From assembly GCA_963664815.2 (NCBI GenBank), contig CAXXHB010000003.1:960001-1024000 (forward strand): DNA of 64,000 nt, in the 5' to 3' direction. The stretch comes from Spirochaetota bacterium. GTDB taxonomy: Bacteria; Spirochaetota; UBA4802; UBA5550. Below are positions 29,329 to 39,322 of the stretch, one piece after another. How positions within the stretch are numbered: the stretch's first letter is position 1; each line of letters starts with the position of its first letter. Both the position numbers and the translations under genes were made by a program. The notes under the pieces were generated by a model. It was not told the DNA's origin and did no database searches. It saw only the letters and a program-made list of their open reading frames with translations.

Positions 29329-30954
29329 TTAAAAATCGAATTTTACTCCGAATAAGTGGTATATCTTTGAAAGGTCTTGCTCCCGTTTTTCGTGGTCATT
29401 TATCTCGTTGCGGTAGAAAAGCATCATTACCAGTGATCTGTTAAATCTGACCCCGCACTCTGAGATAATTGTCCATGTGAGGTCGTCCCCTTTTAAACTC
29501 TTTTCTCCAAGTAACAGGTACAGAATTGCAGTGTTATATCCGCATATGTCCCATCGCAGACTGGATTCGGTAGTCCATCTGGTATGAATGTTATTCTCTT
29601 CTGTTATATATCCGCCGGTAAGCTCAAATTCGAAGTTGTTTATCAGATTTAATCCCTTATCAATATTTATTTTACAGTCGGTATTAACAAATCCGGGTTT
29701 CATGCCGGCAGTTCTCATTCTGAGCGCTGCAAGCTGGAAGCTCCAGTTTCCGGATTTGATGATGTTTCCCTCATCATAATTCTTATAGCGGTATAGCGGT
29801 TCTAAAAAGACAGAATCAAAAAGATAGAGTGATAGACCACCCTCATAATATGAATCGATATATGCAGGATACATTCCCGCGTTTTTCCTGAGAGATGAGT
29901 GTAAAAGCGAGGCGTTGAAGAAGACTGCTGTTTCACCGTATTTTATAAGATCAGCGGCGAACAGTGTTTCTGTCCTGTAATTTCTTATATTATCATAAAT
30001 ATAGTGTGCGTATAACCCGGAAAGATGAATTTCGGGAGATAGCCATTTCCCGGATGATGAGCCGGCAGAATGTATTTTATCCGGTTCTGTATCATAAAGT
30101 GCTGTTTCCGCGCGTATACCCGCTCCATAATGATTTTTGTCTTTCGGAAGTTCTCCCGTATTATCAGTAATGTATTCATGCCTTAAATATGGTGTAACTT
30201 CAACCTCACCCTGCAGCACTTTAAGTCCGAACTCCGTGGAACGGTTAAGTCCATATCTGTCCGATATAAAATATTCTGCTGATTCCTGAATGTATGCAGC
30301 GAAATAATCAGTCATGTAATAATCGTATCTTAAAGTAAAATCTGTTGTCCATGTCGCAAAGTAGTTTCTTGTACTGAGAGATCTTCGGGCGGCAATACTG
30401 TAGTTGAAATAGTCATCTTTTGAAAATAATAAAATTCCTTTCCGTCTGACTTTTTCTGCGGCGGCGAATCCGTGAGTCTGCCATTTAATTCCGAAACCAT
30501 ACCATCTTGCGAGCATATCGTCGGAGGTCATTGTGTTTACATAATTGGAACATCTGTGATCGAAGAAAGCTGACAGTGATCCTGTATCGAATTCTTTGCG
30601 GATGTTCAGATAATCTAGATAATACTGAATTTCATGGAAAGCGAAATGTTCACGGTTTTTTTTGCTGTATTCAAGGATTTGTGTCATGGAAAATGAAAAT
30701 ATATATGATTTATACTGAAGGAAGTCAAAATCCGCTATTGATGTAAATGTTCCTGAAAAATCAGAATCATTATTGTAAATATACATCGGATCCATAGAAA
30801 GACGGGCTGCCGGTAAAAAAATCCATAAGCCGGGGTCTGAATTATCATTTGAGATTATGCTGTCACTACCGGCTTCCGCTGCAGAATATACAGAGGAGTT
30901 AATGAAGTAAAATGAGATCAGAAGTACAAATATGTATTTCAGTTTCCCTGTCAT
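29329..30954 (-). CDS. Putative outer-membrane protein with two tandem beta-barrel-like halves
   Basis: Signal peptide; aromatic-rich amphipathic strands; terminal FGVKFDF; internal two-fold similarity. Confidence 0.55.
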   Translation of the reverse strand: MTGKLKYIFVLLISFYFINSSVYSAAEAGSDSIISNDNSDPGLWIFLPAARLSMDPMYIYNNDSDFSGTFTSIADFDFLQYKSYIFSFSMTQILEYSKKNREHFAFHEIQYYLDYLNIRKEFDTGSLSAFFDHRCSNYVNTMTSDDMLARWYGFGIKWQTHGFAAAEKVRRKGILLFSKDDYFNYSIAARRSLSTRNYFATWTTDFTLRYDYYMTDYFAAYIQESAEYFISDRYGLNRSTEFGLKVLQGEVEVTPYLRHEYITDNTGELPKDKNHYGAGIRAETALYDTEPDKIHSAGSSSGKWLSPEIHLSGLYAHYIYDNIRNYRTETLFAADLIKYGETAVFFNASLLHSSLRKNAGMYPAYIDSYYEGGLSLYLFDSVFLEPLYRYKNYDEGNIIKSGNWSFQLAALRMRTAGMKPGFVNTDCKINIDKGLNLINNFEFELTGGYITEENNIHTRWTTESSLRWDICGYNTAILYLLLGEKSLKGDDLTWTIISECGVRFNRSLVMMLFYRNEINDHEKREQDLSKIYHLFGVKFDF

Positions 30955-31066
30955 TGTATTAACTCATCATATCCAGCTTACTGGAATATAATATCTGCAG
31001 GATTAATAATCCACATAATTACTGATTTAAGCCGGAAGAAATTTTCTGTCAGAATATTTCATTGTT

Positions 31067-31714
31067 TCAAAGAATAAAAACATCTTTGAGTATCATGTAT
31101 GAACTGTTCAGCTTTTTCATCATTTCGTCAGAACCGCCAGGTATGTCGGGGTGATATTTTCCTGCAAGTTCCCTGTAACGGTCTGAAACAGACTTTTTGG
31201 AGAACCTTCCAATACCGAAAAATTCAATTGCCTCATCAATATCCCTCCTGCGGCAGCTGTATACCTTTATTCCATTCATCAGTTTCCTTAAAAGCTCTGA
31301 TTCGCCAAAGGTTATATTATCAGGATCGGTATAGAAATCATGAAGATAATCATACGTTATACTGTTCAGGTAATTCCTGCATTCGTTCTCATGGAGTATA
31401 CAGAATCCTGAAGGCGCGTGGCTGTTGCAGAAAATCCCATTAACAGGGTCATAAAATCCGCAGAGGCCGTTATCGGGTATCCGTATAAGTCTGATTCTCA
31501 TGCAGTCAAGGTGAAGATAGAATCCTTTTAATCCGGCAGAGTGTTTCAGTTTATAAAGCGCGTGATAAAGTGAGAAGTGTTTAACATATAATGTCTGCTG
31601 TTCGCAGGTTTCCATAAAATGTTTTATAATATCGAATTCCATAACAGGCCGTTCTTTTTCTGAAAGATATTCGAATAGCTGATTTTCACTGATTATAATG
31701 AGTTCCGGGTTCAT
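31067..31714 (-). CDS. DnaJ-related protein with a C-terminal J domain
   Basis: KHFSLYHALYKL N-terminal motif; YRELAGKYHPD...KLNSSY J-domain. Confidence 0.8.
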   Translation of the reverse strand: MNPELIIISENQLFEYLSEKERPVMEFDIIKHFMETCEQQTLYVKHFSLYHALYKLKHSAGLKGFYLHLDCMRIRLIRIPDNGLCGFYDPVNGIFCNSHAPSGFCILHENECRNYLNSITYDYLHDFYTDPDNITFGESELLRKLMNGIKVYSCRRRDIDEAIEFFGIGRFSKKSVSDRYRELAGKYHPDIPGGSDEMMKKLNSSYMILKDVFIL

Positions 31715-31902
31715 TTGTTATCCGGCAAAATATAAGAGCAGAATAAAATTCTGTCAATATTAATTGCCGCAATTACCTGTGGTGGAATAATTGAGCATTT
31801 TTAAATCAGCTAAGATAAGGAGTAATTCCGGTAAAAACTCTTTTAGATGAGGAAAATAATATATCCTGCAACCAGACCGTTTTATATTTTAAGTTTTATG
31901 TA

Positions 31903-31930
31903 TTGACAAATCTGTAACTGTTATTATTGT
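31903..31930 (+). promoter_or_regulatory. Candidate sigma70 promoter for the cold-shock gene (long 5' UTR)
   Basis: TTGACA-N16-TATTGT about 125 nt upstream of the start codon. Confidence 0.45.
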
Positions 31931-32055
31931 GTGTTTTGTTAGATTAAGTTCAATAAATTCTTCTAGTTTCCTACCACAAGGTAGTCTTCCTAGTAATATT
32001 TAACACTCAATCAAACATGGGGGTTAACCCTTATTAAAAACTCAGGAGCTTAACA

Positions 32056-32259
32056 ATGGCGCAAGGTACAGTTAAATGGTTTAATGACCAGAAAGGTTTT
32101 GGTTTTATCTCAGCAGAAGATGGAAATGATTATTTTGTACACCACTCAAGCATAATAGCAGAGGGCTTTAAAACTCTTAAAGAGGGAGCACGTGTACAGT
32201 TTGACATCGAAAAGACAGACAGAGGACCAAGAGCAGTCAAGGTTTCTGTAATAAAATAA
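32056..32259 (+). CDS. cspA: Cold-shock protein
   Basis: GTVKWFN, KGFGFI (RNP1), FVHHS (RNP2). Confidence 0.95.
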   Translation: MAQGTVKWFNDQKGFGFISAEDGNDYFVHHSSIIAEGFKTLKEGARVQFDIEKTDRGPRAVKVSVIK

Positions 32260-32284
32260 ATATTATACTTTTAAACCTGATAAT

Positions 32285-32313
32285 AAACCTGACCTGATCG
32301 TCAGGTTTTTTTA
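32285..32313 (+). terminator. Intrinsic terminator after csp
   Basis: AAACCTGAC-ctgatc-GTCAGGTTT plus a T-tract. Confidence 0.8.
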
Positions 32314-33696
32314 TCAGGAAATCTCAAGTCCTACAATACAAACATCATCACTTAACCTGTCATCCCCCTTGTATTCAATGAGCTTCTGGTATGAAAGCAT
32401 GGTTATTTCATCTATAGGTTTATGCATTATTGAAGGAAGAACTTCGTTGAAATAGTAATCCTCGAACTGAATTCTTCGTGGATTGATTTCTTCAATTAAT
32501 CCATCGGTATATAGAATTATTTTATCTTCAGGCTCAAGAATTATGGTCCGCTCTTCAAAGTCTATATTTTGATTTATACCGATAATTCCCCCCTTTGATT
32601 TAAGATGAATTATCTCTCTATTACGTAAAAGAAGAGGGTAAGGGTGTCCGGCACGGGAAATTTTCATAATTCTGGTTTCTGAATCGTATAATATATATGC
32701 AGCCGTCAGGAAGTTATCCCCTATCTGCCCGATAATATGCAGATTTATATATTTAAGAAATGCCGATGGCGAGAATTTGTTGTTTCCTGCCATTGAGTTA
32801 AGGGTTTTCAGCATACTGGTTATGAGAGCGGCAGGTATTCCATGGCCGGAGACATCGCTTATAAAAATACCTATGAGATTGTTTTCTACGAACCGGATAT
32901 AATCGTAAAAATCACCGCCGAGTTCCTCCATAGGTTTATAAATGGAATGAATTTTAACATTTTTCATATAGGGGCATACCCCCGGGAAGAGTTGAGACTG
33001 TATATGTTTTGCAAGCCGGAGCTCAACCTTCATGCTGTTCATAAGAGTGTTCAGATTCTGGTGTTTGTCAACAATCTCCTCCTGCTGTAAAAATTCCACT
33101 CTCATCAGATATTCAAGATAATATGAGGCCATAAGACCTATTACATTCGCACTGATAAAGAAAAAGTTGTTACTGACAAAAATCAGAAATTGATTGTTTG
33201 GAGAATCTATACTGGAAATTTTCTGAATAAATATGGCAGTGAATTCATAACCGAGTATAATTACTACGGAGGAGAAAAGGGAGTAAAAAAATCTCAGCCG
33301 GAAGAGTGAGCATATTCCCATAATTACAAGCAGAAGCCCGGCGTAATAATATCTGAAACCAGGTTCGCTTTCATTTGCAACGGCTATCATCGATATTATT
33401 CCAAGTCCCATGATAATAGAATTGAATGAAACTATACCCTGCATATGGTTACACAGAGACCGGAGGTATGTCAGAAGAATTGAAATTAAGGCTATTGGTA
33501 TAACTATACCGAATCTGATAATCCATATTGCCGGATACGAAACCGGCATCATATGAAGATCAAGAAATCCGAAAACGGCATAAAGCCATATTGTCAGCCA
33601 GAATCCAATACGGATTGTAGATAATGATTTTTGATTATAACGTTCAATGAATGCTTTTTCAAGATTCCTGTTTTTAAATGTAATCAATATTCTCAT
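32314..33696 (-). CDS. Membrane-bound PP2C/SpoIIE phosphatase with a ~6-TM N-terminal domain
   Basis: GGDFYD, DVSGHG, AGHP, YTDG, DDVC motifs. Confidence 0.9.
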   Translation of the reverse strand: MRILITFKNRNLEKAFIERYNQKSLSTIRIGFWLTIWLYAVFGFLDLHMMPVSYPAIWIIRFGIVIPIALISILLTYLRSLCNHMQGIVSFNSIIMGLGIISMIAVANESEPGFRYYYAGLLLVIMGICSLFRLRFFYSLFSSVVIILGYEFTAIFIQKISSIDSPNNQFLIFVSNNFFFISANVIGLMASYYLEYLMRVEFLQQEEIVDKHQNLNTLMNSMKVELRLAKHIQSQLFPGVCPYMKNVKIHSIYKPMEELGGDFYDYIRFVENNLIGIFISDVSGHGIPAALITSMLKTLNSMAGNNKFSPSAFLKYINLHIIGQIGDNFLTAAYILYDSETRIMKISRAGHPYPLLLRNREIIHLKSKGGIIGINQNIDFEERTIILEPEDKIILYTDGLIEEINPRRIQFEDYYFNEVLPSIMHKPIDEITMLSYQKLIEYKGDDRLSDDVCIVGLEIS

Positions 33697-34053
33697 AGAC
33701 AGATAATAATGAAAAACAGGAGTTATTGATATATTTTTTCAGTAATAATTTCTGAACTTTTTTATAAAAAATCCCATTCTCCCGGCTGCCGAAGACGGTT
33801 TGCAGATATAATTGTTTATTTTTACACTAAAATATACATTAAGGAATTATCATTTTTTTATTTATAATAGAACTGTTTTAAAAAGATTATTAATGGCAGA
33901 GGGCTGTCTGCATAGCTGATAATTTTTAACAGACCCTCAGTTTGAAAGCCGGGTCTGTTAAATCTGTTCAAAATAAAGTATAATTAATTACTGACAGTGT
34001 CTGTCTGCAGTTTTAATACAATGTTGCATTGAGATGGAAAGAGTAAATACAGG

Positions 34054-34857
34054 TTACGGCTTTATCACCTCAGCTATTTTACTCTCCCTGATAATATCAT
34101 CTTCTGACAGGGATGAAAGCTCATCGAAAATGTTTACAAGAAAACTCCCTGCTCCGCTGCTTTTTAATGAAGCCTTCTCCCCGGCTATTCCCCATGCGGA
34201 GAGTGCCGCTGCTGATGCAATAGTAAGGTTACCCGGAAGTACTGCCGCGAAACATCCGATCATTGAAGCTGCCATGCAGCCTGTGCCTACAACCTTCCCC
34301 ATCAGTTCGGATCCGTTGTCTGCTGTGAAGAGCTTTCCTCCGCCTGCAATATAATCTCTCGCACCGGTGATTACAACTGTGCAGGACAGTTTCTGTGAAA
34401 GATTAAACGCTACATCTGAAAGGTCATGCAATACCTCCGTGCTGTCTACGCCTTTTGTGGTTGCATCGAGGCCGGCAATGCATGAAACCTCTGAAGCATT
34501 CCCCTTAATAACTCCGATGTATCCTGAAGAGATGAGTCTTAAGCAGCTGGAATTTCTCATGCCGCTTGCTCCGGCCCCGCAGACATCGAGGACTACCGGT
34601 ATTTTTTTCCCTGAAGCTGACCTGGCAGCAATCAGCATGCTTTCAACAATATCTTCTGTCAGGGTACCGATATTGAGGACAAGAGATGATGAAATAGATG
34701 TGATCTCCGCCGCTTCCTGCGATGCATGAGCCATTACGGGAGATGCGCCCAGTGATTTGACCGCCTGTGCACAATTGAATATTGTAACCCAGTTTGTAAT
34801 GTGGTGGACAAGCGGTTGTTTTGTACGGATTTCATTTAGAAGTGAGTGAATCTGCAT
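34054..34857 (-). CDS. thiM: Hydroxyethylthiazole kinase
   Basis: PLVHHITNWV, GASPVMA, NIGTL, KGNASE, VGTGC; TPP riboswitch upstream. Confidence 0.95.
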   Translation of the reverse strand: MQIHSLLNEIRTKQPLVHHITNWVTIFNCAQAVKSLGASPVMAHASQEAAEITSISSSLVLNIGTLTEDIVESMLIAARSASGKKIPVVLDVCGAGASGMRNSSCLRLISSGYIGVIKGNASEVSCIAGLDATTKGVDSTEVLHDLSDVAFNLSQKLSCTVVITGARDYIAGGGKLFTADNGSELMGKVVGTGCMAASMIGCFAAVLPGNLTIASAAALSAWGIAGEKASLKSSGAGSFLVNIFDELSSLSEDDIIRESKIAEVIKP

Positions 34858-34911
34858 AAAAAATCCCCTTAATTTATAATAGGGGGTTTCAGAGAATATA
34901 TATTCCGGTTT

Positions 34912-34988
34912 TTTTCCCTACGCCGGCATTATCCGGATCAGGTTATACGGGTATAATCTCAGGCTCGTTAATGAACCACCCCAGAATT
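34912..34988 (-). ncRNA. TPP riboswitch (THI element)
   Basis: Minus strand reads GGGGTG...CTGAGA-TTA-TACCCGTATAACCTGATCCGGATAATGCCGGCGTAGGGA, the canonical TPP aptamer. Confidence 0.95.
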
Positions 34989-35248
34989 CTATCTTTATTT
35001 TTTTTTAAAATTGAGTCAAGAAAATAAAGATAGAATAGCAGCTGTTTAATATATTTTTTATGTTCTGATATAAAAGTATTTGCCTTATTTTTGTAAATTA
35101 TTTCACTATTTATTCTTTACCCTGGGAAATATGGTTTCACCCGCAGATGGCGGTCTGGGGATATGATGAATTATAAAATGATAAATTATAAATGGAATAT
35201 TTCTGTTATTGATATCGTAACATTTTAATATATATTTAATAAAGAGAG

Positions 35249-36934
35249 GTGCGGAAATTGGACGGGATGACAAAGGCGCAGAGAGGGAGAATCGCGATCC
35301 GTACATTCAAAGTTATGGCTGATGCTCTTGCTCTGAGGGGATACTATAAACCATCAGGCCGTTCAGGGCAGACTCTTGTCGAGAGCTTAAAAATGCTCTC
35401 CCCTGAAATTTACGGTACCATGAATGATCCGAGAATTATTGAATTGAAGGGGCTTGAATATGTTGTTGACCGGCTCCCCAAGGGTATTGAGGAGTGCAAC
35501 CGGGTAATACTCACTGCAGAGGAAAAGCTCGACCATACGGCATTTGAGAAAATAATCCCTCTTAAACGGAGAAGGGTATCTTACAGGATAAGTAAAAACG
35601 AGATTAATTTTATTATTACCCAGGGGATGAGCGAGATATATGATATATTGACTCATCTTACGTTTCTTAATATTGAATCACATAAGATAAAAAATCAGAT
35701 TATGGATGAATCTGGTAATATGACATCCGAGTGGGTTCTTCTTGAAAAGGATGCTGGGAACAATTCTCTTCAGGGAACTGAGCTTGACAGGGCTCTCTGG
35801 AATTTAAGTATAATTCTGGGGAGAACTTTCACCGAGACAAGGGATACATACCAGTATCTGGAAGAATCAAAAAAAGAGAAACAAAGCAACAATGGCCTGT
35901 TTAAAATAATATATGACCTTGGTATACGCGCGCTTGAAGATGAAAATTACAGGGAAAGCATGATGATGATCTACTTTACCCCCTCTCTCCGGGATATGAT
36001 TGGAAGGCATAAGTACGGGACGCAATGGGCAGACAGGGTCAAGAAAAGAATTCTTGAGCTTGGCTTTGAAAAACGGCCACTTCATATTATAAGTGCCAAT
36101 ATGCACAGCGTGATGAATGCGCTTTATGCATGGGAGGCTTTGAGGGATAAGCGCATCAGCGATGAAGAGGACCTTTATGAATTTATATCACGAGGAAGAG
36201 AATTTCAGGGTCAGATTAATAAATTCGCTCTGGAGAATGGTCTGTATGAACTTCCCGATGATTCCGGTTTTTCAATCGATTGCCAGTTAATTGATATGGC
36301 TGCGTTTAATGGTATTGAAATTCATCCGGAGATTCAGATTACCAACGGGCACTCGCCAGAAAATAAGCCGGTGATACTGATCATCGATTATGCCTTCGGG
36401 GCGCAGGCGTATGAGGTTATGGATGAACTCCTGAGCCCTCATGTAGTCAACGACGTTGATCATTACTTTCATTTCAAATCGATTTCAATTATGGGGAAGG
36501 CGGGTACTCTCCCCGGCAGGAAGGGGGATATTATGCTCCCTACTGCACATGTCTTTGAAGGAAACCCGCACAACTATATAGTCGAAAATGATCTTGATCC
36601 TAGGGATTTTGACGGATCAATACCTGTTTATGTCGGTCCCATTGTTACAGTTCTGGGAACCTCTCTGCAGAATATTGACGTCCTTGAAAAATTCCAGAAA
36701 TCAAGCTGGAAGGCTGTGGGCCTTGAAATGGAAGGTGGACATTATCACAGGGCGGTAAACGCAGCTGTAATAAGGGGGCATATTCCACGGGATGTCAGGG
36801 TGAGGTATGCATATTACGCTTCGGATAATCCGCTTTTAAGCGGACAGACGCTCTCCTCTGGTGCGCTGGGTGAAGAGGGAATTAAGCCGACATATATGAT
36901 AACAAGGGTAATCCTTGAGAAAATACTGAATTGA
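35249..36934 (+). CDS. DUF6909-like protein with a C-terminal nucleoside phosphorylase-like region
   Basis: IISANMHS, DYAFG, IMGKAG, VLGTSLQN, GLEMEG, YYASDNP; start uncertain (35249/35258/35267). Confidence 0.65.
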   Translation: MRKLDGMTKAQRGRIAIRTFKVMADALALRGYYKPSGRSGQTLVESLKMLSPEIYGTMNDPRIIELKGLEYVVDRLPKGIEECNRVILTAEEKLDHTAFEKIIPLKRRRVSYRISKNEINFIITQGMSEIYDILTHLTFLNIESHKIKNQIMDESGNMTSEWVLLEKDAGNNSLQGTELDRALWNLSIILGRTFTETRDTYQYLEESKKEKQSNNGLFKIIYDLGIRALEDENYRESMMMIYFTPSLRDMIGRHKYGTQWADRVKKRILELGFEKRPLHIISANMHSVMNALYAWEALRDKRISDEEDLYEFISRGREFQGQINKFALENGLYELPDDSGFSIDCQLIDMAAFNGIEIHPEIQITNGHSPENKPVILIIDYAFGAQAYEVMDELLSPHVVNDVDHYFHFKSISIMGKAGTLPGRKGDIMLPTAHVFEGNPHNYIVENDLDPRDFDGSIPVYVGPIVTVLGTSLQNIDVLEKFQKSSWKAVGLEMEGGHYHRAVNAAVIRGHIPRDVRVRYAYYASDNPLLSGQTLSSGALGEEGIKPTYMITRVILEKILN

Positions 36935-36956
36935 ATTATATATTATTTTATAATTC

Positions 36957-36992
36957 AAAAAAAAAGGCCTCCTTGAAAGGAGGCTGAGTTTT
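36957..36992. terminator. Terminator-like hairpin
   Basis: A-tract + GCCTCCTT/AAGGAGGC stem. Confidence 0.55.
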
Positions 36993-37302
36993 GCCGGTTA
37001 CTTTTTGTGGAGGGGATGTCTGGATTCCTCTGGATTATCATGAACTGATAAATCTGCTGCTTAAAGGATTTCAAACAATAAATATATATATGCACAGATA
37101 AGAAAAAGATGGAATAGCCCGGACAGCTATTTTTTAGTAGCTGTTTAGCACTTAATTATGTAGCTGTTTTATTCTTTTTTAGACCCTTTAAAGAGGACAT
37201 AAATAAAGGTCAGATAATAATCAGTTACCGTCACAGGGAATTAATTCAAGCTGATTAATTTTGTTTTACCATACATCTGAATTGCAGGGGGAAATGTAAC
37301 AC

Positions 37303-38412
37303 ATGAATTCCGGTTATATACCAGCAGATTTTATCAGAGATAACAACCTGATTCCCGTATGGGAAAAGGTCAGAAATGAAATACCGGTCAGCGAGGATGA
37401 TCTTCTGAAAATGCTTTGTACCGATGATGTAATGGGACTTGGAGCAATAGCCGGTTATATCAGAAACAGTATTAACGGCCGGAAGGGATTTTACGGCGTA
37501 AACATGAATCTTAACTATACAAATATCTGTGAACTGAGATGCCCGCTCTGCGCTTTTTCATGCGACAGGGATGATCATCAGTCATATGTATATTCCATTG
37601 ATGAAATTGAAAGCAGGGTAAAGGCGGAGGTTGATCGCGGTATAGATGAAGTCCATATCGTGGGCGGGCTTAATCCTGAACTGAAACTCGATTACTTTGA
37701 AGAGATGCTGCGGCGTATTAAAAAAATAAAAAATGATATATTCATAGTAGCATTCACTGCAGTTGAGTATGATTACTTTGCAAGGATAAATAATATCCCT
37801 GTAGAGGAGGTTTTCCGCAGACTGATCGATTCAGGGCTCGGCGCATTGCCTGGCGGCGGTGCCGAGATTTTTGCCGAAGGTAAAAGGGCTATTATCGCGC
37901 CAAAAAAGATTTCAGGAAAACGCTGGCTTGAAATAATGGAGATAGCTCACGGATTTGGCCTTAAGACCAATGCCACACTTCTATATAATCATATTGAGGA
38001 TGCCGGTGATATCGTTCACCATCTGTCAGCCCTCAGGTCAGTACAGGACAGAACCGGCGGATTCAAGACATTTGTTCCGCTGTCATACCATGACGGGAAT
38101 ACCGGGATTAAAGCAAAGAAGCGATCAAGTACGGGATTTGACGATGTAAGACTTTATGCCTCAGCGCGGATATTCCTCCATAATATCCCGCATATTAAGG
38201 CTCTCTGGATGTATATCGGAGAGAAGATGGCCCAGGTGCTGCTTAATATCGGTATCGATGACATAGGCGCTACCTACAATTATGAAAAAGTTGTTCATTC
38301 TGCAGGAGCCTCCACGCCTGATTACGGATCGGAACAGTTTTTAAGGCGGCTTATTGAATCCGCCGGTTATGAACCTGAAAGGGTTACAGCTGCTTATGAG
38401 GTTAAAAAATGA
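37303..38412 (+). CDS. mqnE: Aminofutalosine synthase (radical SAM, CofH/MqnE family)
   Basis: NYTNICELRCPLCAF, HIVGG, LPGGGAEIF, NIPHIKA; clustered with mqnA and mqnC. Confidence 0.85.
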   Translation: MNSGYIPADFIRDNNLIPVWEKVRNEIPVSEDDLLKMLCTDDVMGLGAIAGYIRNSINGRKGFYGVNMNLNYTNICELRCPLCAFSCDRDDHQSYVYSIDEIESRVKAEVDRGIDEVHIVGGLNPELKLDYFEEMLRRIKKIKNDIFIVAFTAVEYDYFARINNIPVEEVFRRLIDSGLGALPGGGAEIFAEGKRAIIAPKKISGKRWLEIMEIAHGFGLKTNATLLYNHIEDAGDIVHHLSALRSVQDRTGGFKTFVPLSYHDGNTGIKAKKRSSTGFDDVRLYASARIFLHNIPHIKALWMYIGEKMAQVLLNIGIDDIGATYNYEKVVHSAGASTPDYGSEQFLRRLIESAGYEPERVTAAYEVKK

Positions 38413-39221
38413 AGATCGGGTATATTGATTATCTTAACTGCTATCCTTTTTATCACCATATGTTTCATAAAGAATTTCTGAATCATACAATTGTGCCAAG
38501 GTATCCGGGCGAACTGAATACGTTAATGAAAGAGGGAAAACTGGATATGAGCCCCATTTCGGCAGGCGCCTATCCTGAAATCCAGGACAGGGTTGTTCTG
38601 CTTCCGGATTTCTGTCTAAGTTCAATAGGGTATGTCCGTTCAGTAGTGCTTCAGAGCAAACTCCCTATTGAAGACCTTGAAGGGAAAAGAATAGGACTCA
38701 CTTCAGCATCAAAAACCTCGGTGGTTCTGCTTAAGCTGCTGCTGGGTAAATACTATCATCTGAAACCTGAATATATTTCCTGCGCCCCTGATCCTGACAT
38801 GACAGATCTTGATGCGGCTCTGGTGATAGGGAATGAGGCAATGGTTGAAGCTGAGAGGCCGATGCCATATATTTATGATCTTGGCGATCTGTGGTTCAGG
38901 AAAACCGGTTATCCTGTTGTCTTCGCTGTGATTGCGGTTCAAAAGGAGACTGCAGCTGCATATATTGACAAAGTGCTGGAAGTGTCCGGGTCATTCAGGC
39001 TTTCGCTGAATGATCTCCGGGATAACAGAAGAGATGTGGTGCAGTTTGCCGGGGAGAAGTATCCTCATATTACTTACGATATAGATCACTATTACAATCT
39101 TCTGAAGTTCGATTTTACCGACGATCTTAAAAGGGCGCTTGAATTTTATTTCTCCGAGGCTTATTCAATGAGTCTTCTCGATGAAGTAAAGAAAATTAAT
39201 TATATCAATATAAATATGTAG
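38409..39221 (+). CDS. mqnA: Chorismate dehydratase
   Basis: IGYIDYLNCYP, SKTSVVL, LVIGN, DLGDLW, PVVFA. Confidence 0.85.
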   Translation: MKIGYIDYLNCYPFYHHMFHKEFLNHTIVPRYPGELNTLMKEGKLDMSPISAGAYPEIQDRVVLLPDFCLSSIGYVRSVVLQSKLPIEDLEGKRIGLTSASKTSVVLLKLLLGKYYHLKPEYISCAPDPDMTDLDAALVIGNEAMVEAERPMPYIYDLGDLWFRKTGYPVVFAVIAVQKETAAAYIDKVLEVSGSFRLSLNDLRDNRRDVVQFAGEKYPHITYDIDHYYNLLKFDFTDDLKRALEFYFSEAYSMSLLDEVKKINYININM

Positions 39222-39322
39222 TGGCGAAGCGCTCAGCGCTTTTTGTGGAATAGAGAGGGGCGTTGATCCCTGATTCATCTATTCCTTTTAACCTGGAAGA
39301 ATTATTATTAAGAGAAACCATT

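Noticed and set aside
33899-33962. Inverted repeat TTTAACAGACCC/GGGTCTGTTAAA as an IS end or MITE
   Set aside because: No transposase, no target duplication and no second copy in the window; may simply be a hairpin downstream of thiM
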